From positions 55,675 to 119,674 of the forward strand of contig JBPOFY010000011.1 in assembly GCA_051252375.1 (NCBI GenBank): a DNA stretch of 64,000 bases. Reading direction: 5' to 3'. Position 1 is the stretch's first letter; every line of letters starts with the position of its first letter. Positions 57,684 through 64,000 of the stretch are shown here, one piece after another. Source of the DNA: Opitutaceae bacterium (lineage in GTDB: Bacteria > Verrucomicrobiota > Verrucomicrobiia > Opitutales > Coraliomargaritaceae). A program made the translations under genes and the position numbers. The notes beneath the pieces were generated by a model. The model did no database searches, was not told the origin of the DNA, and saw only the letters and a list, made by a program, of their open reading frames with translations.

Positions 57684-58623
57684 AAAACTACGCAACGTGA
57701 ACGTCCTCGTCCTGATTGCCGGAATCGGTATCGGCATCTTCGCCCATGCTATGCTGCGCCCCCCTGAGCGTTTCGTAGCAGCCGCTGCCGCAGAGCAAGA
57801 CACAGGCTGGACAGTCGAAGGCAATGATCCAGATATCCTCAAAGCTCAACTCGAGCTGATGGCTGCAGACAATCGAGCACTTCGAGCAGACCTAAATTCC
57901 GCACGCCGCTACAGAAGCACGCGCGCCGTCAAAGAGCTGGCTCGCAGTAAAGGCGCCAAAAATGCGAGCGAACTGATTGACTACTCTAAACCTATTTTCA
58001 GGGAACTGATCCTCCCTGAGCTAAGAGCCAATCGTGAACAAGCAATTCGTGATGGCGTCCAGAAAGCGCTTAAAGACCGCGCCGAACGACTCAACCTCAG
58101 TGATGAACAGCTCCGCCTACTGGAAGAGCGCCTAGGCTACCAACAAGCAGCCAAGCTCGACGAACTTGAAAAAGTCCTCAACGACGACGAAAGTTCCTTA
58201 ACCGAATATTTCCAAAAACAATGGGAGCAAGAGCGCGGCGGCGATCCCGACGTCGACAACATCTTTCTGGGAGTGCTCGATCCGGAGCAGCAAGAAACCT
58301 ACACAGAGATCCGACTAGAAGAGAATGCCGAGCAAGTCACCCGTGACGCCGACCGACAACTTGCGAACTTAAACAATATCGTAGATCTCGACGAGGGTCA
58401 GCAAGACGCCATCTTTCCAGTATTTGCCCGCAACTCTCCGGGCTACCGAGAAGAGATGCAGTTTGAAGGCGTCGACGTCACAGACACCACCGCCATCTCC
58501 GAAGACACCGCAAGAGATGAAGCGATTCAATCAGTCCTCAGACCCGATCAGATGGAAGCATGGAATGACTACAAGCGACGCCAAGAAATCCTCAGTGGGT
58601 TTGGAGTGATGAATAATTTTTAA
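57676..58623 (+). CDS. Hypothetical membrane-anchored helical protein
   Basis: N-terminal TM, coiled coil, LSDEQ/LDPEQ/LRPDQ (LTxxQ-like) motifs; overlaps the permease stop. Confidence 0.78.
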   Translation: MIEKLRNVNVLVLIAGIGIGIFAHAMLRPPERFVAAAAAEQDTGWTVEGNDPDILKAQLELMAADNRALRADLNSARRYRSTRAVKELARSKGAKNASELIDYSKPIFRELILPELRANREQAIRDGVQKALKDRAERLNLSDEQLRLLEERLGYQQAAKLDELEKVLNDDESSLTEYFQKQWEQERGGDPDVDNIFLGVLDPEQQETYTEIRLEENAEQVTRDADRQLANLNNIVDLDEGQQDAIFPVFARNSPGYREEMQFEGVDVTDTTAISEDTARDEAIQSVLRPDQMEAWNDYKRRQEILSGFGVMNNF

Positions 58624-58625
58624 GA

Positions 58626-60344
58626 TCAAGCCTCCGACGGCTTCCAATCAACCAAGGTGACTTGCGGGTAGCGACTGTTGCGCCAGTAGTTCCACGAGAA
58701 GCGGACAGTCATATCGAAAGCTTGTCCGGTTTCAGGAAAGTCCTCCATGCGCCATGCAATACCGGCAACTCCACGGCGATTGTTTTGGGTCGGGGGTAAG
58801 CGAAAACGAAAATTATTGTGCCCAAAAGTTTGCGGGGCATCTGAGAGAACAATACCACGGACGCCGAAGACCGGCTCTGCGTTCCCCTGGCCGAAGGGGT
58901 GCAAACGATCCAACTCATCAAGGAGCTTCTCGTTCAGTTCATCTACAGTCAACCATGCTGAAACCGCCAACGACGGCTCAGGTAAACCTGCGGGATAAAG
59001 TTCCTGCAGGCTTTCAATAAATCGAGCCTTGAACGCAGGCACGTTCGAAACTGGCAAAGAAACACCTGCTGCCATCGGGTGGCCTCCCCAGTGATCGAGC
59101 AAGTCGGCACAACGTTGAAAGACTTCGACTAAATTGACAGTGGAAACACTCCGCCCTGAGCCTTTGGCCATATCACCTTCGCAACCTAAAATGACTGCGG
59201 GTTTATGAAAGCGACGACTCACACGACTCGCTACAATACCGACGACGCCGGGGTGCCAGTCGTCACCAAAAAGAACAACGCCGGGCGCATCCGCAAATTC
59301 CGCGGCGACCTGTGCTTCGGCAGCCTGCGTGATGGCGCGCTCAATGGTTTGGCGCTCACGATTCATTTCATCCAGCTCAGTCGCCATTCCGCGGCAGGCT
59401 TTGTAATCGTCCGACAATAAAAGGTTGATCGGCAAAGTGGCATCGGCGAGACGCCCACTGGCGTTGATACGTGGACCCAGTTTAAACGAAATATCCGCAC
59501 TGGCCATTTCTTGCGCTGAATCGATGCCGCTAACTTCCGCCAACGCACGCACACCGACACGATCGTTCGCACGCAAGTGGCGTAGACCGAACCAAGAAAG
59601 GATACGATTCTCTCCATGTAATGGCACGAGGTCGGCCACAGTGCCCATCGCGACTAGGTCGAGATAATCCTGCAGCTGAATCGATTCAACCCGAGGGTCT
59701 TCGGCTTCACGGCGCTTCTTCAGCAACCCGTGTAAAAGTTTAAACACCAAGCCAGCGGTGCACAGATCACGCCATGGCGCATCGGCACTATCGTTGACAT
59801 GTGGATTGACGAAAATGCAATCCGTCGGTGCTTCGGTTTTTGTCTGGTGATGATCCACCACGATGACATCGACTCCTAGCTCACGGAGATATGCAATGGG
59901 TTCGTGCGCGTTGGTGCCGCAATCGAGTGCAATAAATAAGTCTGCCTTAACGCCATCAAACACGCGATCAATCGCATCGCGACTAAGGCCGTAACCTTCA
60001 TCCAAACGCCGCGGCACAAAGTAGCGTGGTTCCAAGTCCAGACTGCGCAGCATACTGACGAGTTGCACGGTGCTGGTGACGCCATCGACATCGTAGTCAC
60101 CAAAGACGACGACATTCTCTTTACCTTCAATGGCTTGCTCGATGCGCGTAACCGCGGCTTCGAGATTACTCAGCTCAAATGGGTTTTGCAAATGAGCGAG
60201 CCGTGGGCGCAGGAACTCTTCGGCCTTCTCGACCGTATCCAACCCACGCTGAATCAATAACTGAGCGACCACAGTTGACACACCAAGCTTGGCGCTAAGA
60301 TCAGCGGTCAAACTTTCGTCGGTATCATTGGTGGTCCAGAGCAT
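58626..60344 (-). CDS. recJ: ssDNA-specific exonuclease RecJ
   Basis: GDYDVDG, EGYGL, DHH, GTVADLVPL, PRINASGRL, KGSGRS, GGHPMAAG. Confidence 0.96.
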   Translation of the reverse strand: MLWTTNDTDESLTADLSAKLGVSTVVAQLLIQRGLDTVEKAEEFLRPRLAHLQNPFELSNLEAAVTRIEQAIEGKENVVVFGDYDVDGVTSTVQLVSMLRSLDLEPRYFVPRRLDEGYGLSRDAIDRVFDGVKADLFIALDCGTNAHEPIAYLRELGVDVIVVDHHQTKTEAPTDCIFVNPHVNDSADAPWRDLCTAGLVFKLLHGLLKKRREAEDPRVESIQLQDYLDLVAMGTVADLVPLHGENRILSWFGLRHLRANDRVGVRALAEVSGIDSAQEMASADISFKLGPRINASGRLADATLPINLLLSDDYKACRGMATELDEMNRERQTIERAITQAAEAQVAAEFADAPGVVLFGDDWHPGVVGIVASRVSRRFHKPAVILGCEGDMAKGSGRSVSTVNLVEVFQRCADLLDHWGGHPMAAGVSLPVSNVPAFKARFIESLQELYPAGLPEPSLAVSAWLTVDELNEKLLDELDRLHPFGQGNAEPVFGVRGIVLSDAPQTFGHNNFRFRLPPTQNNRRGVAGIAWRMEDFPETGQAFDMTVRFSWNYWRNSRYPQVTLVDWKPSEA

Positions 60345-60367
60345 GTAATGTAGAGCAACTAAAACAA

Positions 60368-60431
60368 GTAGGAGAGGTTTTATGCCTCAACTCTGCATAA
60401 TGCATGAGTCGAAACATAAAGCCTCTCCTAC
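60368..60431. repeat. GTAG-type REP inverted pair
   Basis: GTAGGAGAGGTTTTATG...CATAAAGCCTCTCCTAC. Confidence 0.75.
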
Positions 60432-60451
60432 GTAATTAAGAAAAGACTGTC

Positions 60452-62995
60452 TTATTCGGCGTTCGAACTTTCCCACTCATAACGCTTGGGAGTGAGTTGG
60501 TGCTCTTCAACATGACGACGATCGCCCTTGTGCCACCAGTAGAAAACGGGGCTCGCAATGAAGATCGAAGAGAATGTTCCGGTCAAAATACCGATGATAA
60601 AGACGAAGGAGAAATCAACAATGACGCCTGCACCGAAGATGTAGAGCGAAGTCGCTGCCAACAATGTGGTGATACTGGTGAGCAATGTGCGGGAGAACAC
60701 ACGGCTGATCGCAAGATTGATGATCGAACGTAGATCGGAACCAGGATTCAACTCCAGCTCCTCACGGATACGGTCGAAAGCAACAATCGTGTCATTGATC
60801 GAGTAACCAACAATCATGAGGATCGCGGCCAACATCGGCGCAGTGAATTGACCACTAACAAAGATGCCAAGTTCTCCACAGATGACGAAAATACCAATTG
60901 TCATGAGAACGTCGTGAATCGTGGCAACCACAGCACCCACACCGTAACCAACCTCGAAACGGAAGGCCACATAGAGGAGGATACCACCCAATGCTGCGAG
61001 AACTGACCAGAGTGCATTCCATTGAATGCTCTTGGAGACTGAAGCTCCGATCTGAGTGATGCCAGTTTCAGCCAGATTCGCATCGGGGAAGGCTGCCTGC
61101 AAGGCTTCCAATACTGGGCGCGCTTGGTCAAACTGTGTTTGAAGTTTCAAGATTTCCACATCGTCACCAATTAAGCTCTGATAGATCGGAGTCACATCAC
61201 CAAGGTCGCGATCTTCAACAACCTGCATGATATCCTGAGTATCGAGACGCTTATCGTAGGATACGGTCATCTCATCACCACCGGTGAAATCTTTGCCCAA
61301 GATATTGTCATGGTGAATGACAACGCTCACCACACCCACTAACACGATCAACCAAGAGACGATGAAAGCAGGCTTACGGAATTTAAAGAAATCAATCTTA
61401 CGGTCTGGGAAAATATCCAAGCCCAAGACTTTGCTCACACCTATGCGGTGCACAAGAAAATCGACTATAAAGCGAGTAACGACCAATGCACAAAAGATCG
61501 AAGCACAGATACCAATCGCCAAGGTGATACCGAAGCCCTTAACAGGACCAGTGCCTAACCAGATAAGAATCGCGGCGGTAATTAAAGTGGTGACGTTGGC
61601 GTCCACGATGGTCGAAGTTACTTTATCGAAGGCACCTGCAGTCGCATTCTTAATGCTCTTACCAGACTTCAACTCTTCACGTATACGCTCAAAAATCAAG
61701 ATGTTGGCGTCCACACCCATACCGAGTGTGAGGACTAGAGCCGCAACACCTGGCAATGTTAATGTAGCTCCCAAACTGGCGAGCACACCCAGCACGATGA
61801 TCACGTTTACAATGGACGAAGCCACGCCGACGATGCCACCGATGAAGTAATAAATAATCATGAAGCCGACCACCAAGATCGCGCCCCATTTCGCAGCATT
61901 AATCGAGCTTTCACGTGCGCCTTCAGCAAGCGTCGCTTGCACTTCATACATTTGATCAACGCGAAGTTCGACAGAAAGTGGATTGTTCAAAACATTTGCG
62001 AGGTCGAGCGCTTCACGTTGCGAATAGCTGCCTGTGATCTGAGCATTTCTAGAAAGCACATCTTGAATGGTAGGAGCTGAGTAGAGCTTACCATCCAGCA
62101 CGATTGCGAGTGGTTGACCGACCATCTGTTCGGTCACCGCACGAAAGACGTCCGCGCCGTCATTAGTCATCACAAGATTGATCTGGAAAGCTCCAGTCTG
62201 TGTCTGCGAGGCAAACGCGTCTTGCACGATTTCACCCGTCGCTTCAGGGATGAGCTTCACGAACATACGGCGCTCATAAACCTCGCCGGTTTTACGGTCT
62301 TCGATTTCCTCTGAAAGCACTTCGTAGCCGACAGGGTAGCGATTAGCTGGAGTCGTATCCGGAGTGAGTGTTGGGTGCACACGTCGGAACTCAAGTTTTG
62401 CTGGCTTTTTCAAGGAATCAATCACCTCTGGATTGTCCTTCGTGGAAAGACCTGCGATTTGAATTTCGATCGCATCGTCACCTACGGGGCGAATAATCGG
62501 TTCGGCAACGCCGTTACCATCGAGACGATTAGCAAGAATTTCGATTGCGTCCTTCAATTGGTCTTCACGCTCAAAGGCAGATGCTGCACCGATAGAGTCT
62601 TGATCAATCTTAAGCGTCACACCAACGCCGCCTTTAAGGTCGAGACCGAGACGAAGATTACTTTGCGCAGAACTCAAGATGTGCTTCAGCAAAATATCGT
62701 TACGCTTGTTTTGATTCGGCACGTCAGCCAAATTCACTTGCGGGAAGAATTTTGCGTAATCGACGCCCTCTTCGACACCGAGCTCACGGAGCGCGACGAA
62801 AAGTGTCTTTGATTGACCTGCTTCGACACGGGCTTCGGCTCTAGCCATCACTGCGGCAAACTCATCTGTTTCAGCAGTGGCTTGATCGACGATGTATTCC
62901 TCGAAAGGGCGATCTTGTAAGGGAGTGATACTCGCGACACACCAAAAGACGATGGTAGCGGTGAGTAAGAATTTCCAAAGTATATTACCGGACAT
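60452..62995 (-). CDS. secDF: Protein translocase subunit SecDF (fused)
   Basis: LGLDLKGG, GMGVDANILIFERIREE, DFTGG, GYSINDTIVAFDRIRE. Confidence 0.96.
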   Translation of the reverse strand: MSGNILWKFLLTATIVFWCVASITPLQDRPFEEYIVDQATAETDEFAAVMARAEARVEAGQSKTLFVALRELGVEEGVDYAKFFPQVNLADVPNQNKRNDILLKHILSSAQSNLRLGLDLKGGVGVTLKIDQDSIGAASAFEREDQLKDAIEILANRLDGNGVAEPIIRPVGDDAIEIQIAGLSTKDNPEVIDSLKKPAKLEFRRVHPTLTPDTTPANRYPVGYEVLSEEIEDRKTGEVYERRMFVKLIPEATGEIVQDAFASQTQTGAFQINLVMTNDGADVFRAVTEQMVGQPLAIVLDGKLYSAPTIQDVLSRNAQITGSYSQREALDLANVLNNPLSVELRVDQMYEVQATLAEGARESSINAAKWGAILVVGFMIIYYFIGGIVGVASSIVNVIIVLGVLASLGATLTLPGVAALVLTLGMGVDANILIFERIREELKSGKSIKNATAGAFDKVTSTIVDANVTTLITAAILIWLGTGPVKGFGITLAIGICASIFCALVVTRFIVDFLVHRIGVSKVLGLDIFPDRKIDFFKFRKPAFIVSWLIVLVGVVSVVIHHDNILGKDFTGGDEMTVSYDKRLDTQDIMQVVEDRDLGDVTPIYQSLIGDDVEILKLQTQFDQARPVLEALQAAFPDANLAETGITQIGASVSKSIQWNALWSVLAALGGILLYVAFRFEVGYGVGAVVATIHDVLMTIGIFVICGELGIFVSGQFTAPMLAAILMIVGYSINDTIVAFDRIREELELNPGSDLRSIINLAISRVFSRTLLTSITTLLAATSLYIFGAGVIVDFSFVFIIGILTGTFSSIFIASPVFYWWHKGDRRHVEEHQLTPKRYEWESSNAE

Positions 62996-63030
62996 AAGAA
63001 GTGGTTGTAAGAAGGAGAAAACGTGCTGAA

Positions 63031-63351
63031 CTACTCAGCGGAAGGGGTGATTTTAGTAGCGATGAAAGTTTTGCCGATCTCGACCTTGGTGCTGTCAGCA
63101 ATACGAACGACGAAACGATCGTCCTTCACATTGGTGATTGTGCCGTAGATGCCGCCGCTAGTAACAATTTCGTCGCCAGATTGAAGTGCTGTGAGCATCG
63201 CATCGTGAGCTTTTTGGCGTTTGCGCTGAGGCGCGATGACCAAAAACCACATACCAACGAAGAGTAATCCAATTGGAATGAGTTGTTGCAGACCCGAGCT
63301 TGAGCTGCCGTCAGCGACCGAGAGAAAAAAGGAAATATCAGAAAATGCCAT
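63031..63351 (-). CDS. yajC: Preprotein translocase subunit YajC
   Basis: IAPQRKRQK, GDEIVTSGGIYG; upstream of secDF. Confidence 0.95.
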   Translation of the reverse strand: MAFSDISFFLSVADGSSSSGLQQLIPIGLLFVGMWFLVIAPQRKRQKAHDAMLTALQSGDEIVTSGGIYGTITNVKDDRFVVRIADSTKVEIGKTFIATKITPSAE

Positions 63352-63517
63352 AAGAGTGCGTATGTTGAAAAACGGGAGAAGGAAAGGTAGTCCCCTACAA
63401 ATGGCAAGTTCCTATTCTAGAAGGTTTTCAAAGGGTGAAATTTAGCATGACGCCAATTTCCCGCAATCCTCAGCATTTGTCTGAGTAACGCAGCCCCAAC
63501 TAGTTGCTAATACCAAA

Positions 63518-63591
63518 GGTAGGGACGCCTCCCCTCAGGCGTCCATGGCAGTAGGAAAGATGGTGGACGCCTGAGGGCAGGCGTCCCTACC
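63518..63591. repeat. GTAG-type REPIN (family B)
   Basis: GGTAGGGACGCCTCCCCTCAGGCGTCC...GGACGCCTGAGGGCAGGCGTCCCTACC. Confidence 0.88.
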
Positions 63592-63602
63592 AAATAACCC
63601 CA

Positions 63603-64000
<398 letters not shown>

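Noticed and set aside
63352..63517. Arrest-peptide leader upstream of yajC-secDF
   Set aside because: No suitable minus-strand ORF with a RAPP/RAGP-like motif seen.

Overview
64 kb of mostly core chromosome from a bacterium that looks like a Verrucomicrobiota (Opitutales, Coraliomargarita/Lentimonas-like; inferred from gene content and protein style, not from a search). It carries housekeeping genes (cysK, infA, tadA, sodA, tgt, ribH-nusB-ftsY, aroB, gpmI, ileS-dksA-like-lspA, menA, nusA-infB-rbfA-nrnA-truB-ribF, queC-queD-queE, rsmI, rnd, ppnP, dprA, nnr, pdxJ, recJ, yajC-secDF). Accessory content: two sulfatases, an orphan GAF histidine kinase, a DUF1611/PLP-racemase/dipeptidase locus, a Czc/Cus-type heavy-metal efflux cluster and an ABC exporter module. 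Intergenic spaces hold several REP/REPIN-like palindrome families and 7-8 bp tandem repeat arrays. I saw no tRNA, rRNA, CRISPR array or transposase. Best candidate for a new system: a His/Cys-rich exported leader ORF with a RAPP ribosome-arrest motif, whose stop codon overlaps a three-way RNA structure covering the start region of the first efflux gene. This suggests a metal-sensing translational switch for efflux, with no czcRS-type regulator nearby. Also notable: a racemase whose catalytic N-terminus has no canonical start codon, and loss of zinc-ligand cysteines in Tgt, IleS and the DksA-like protein.
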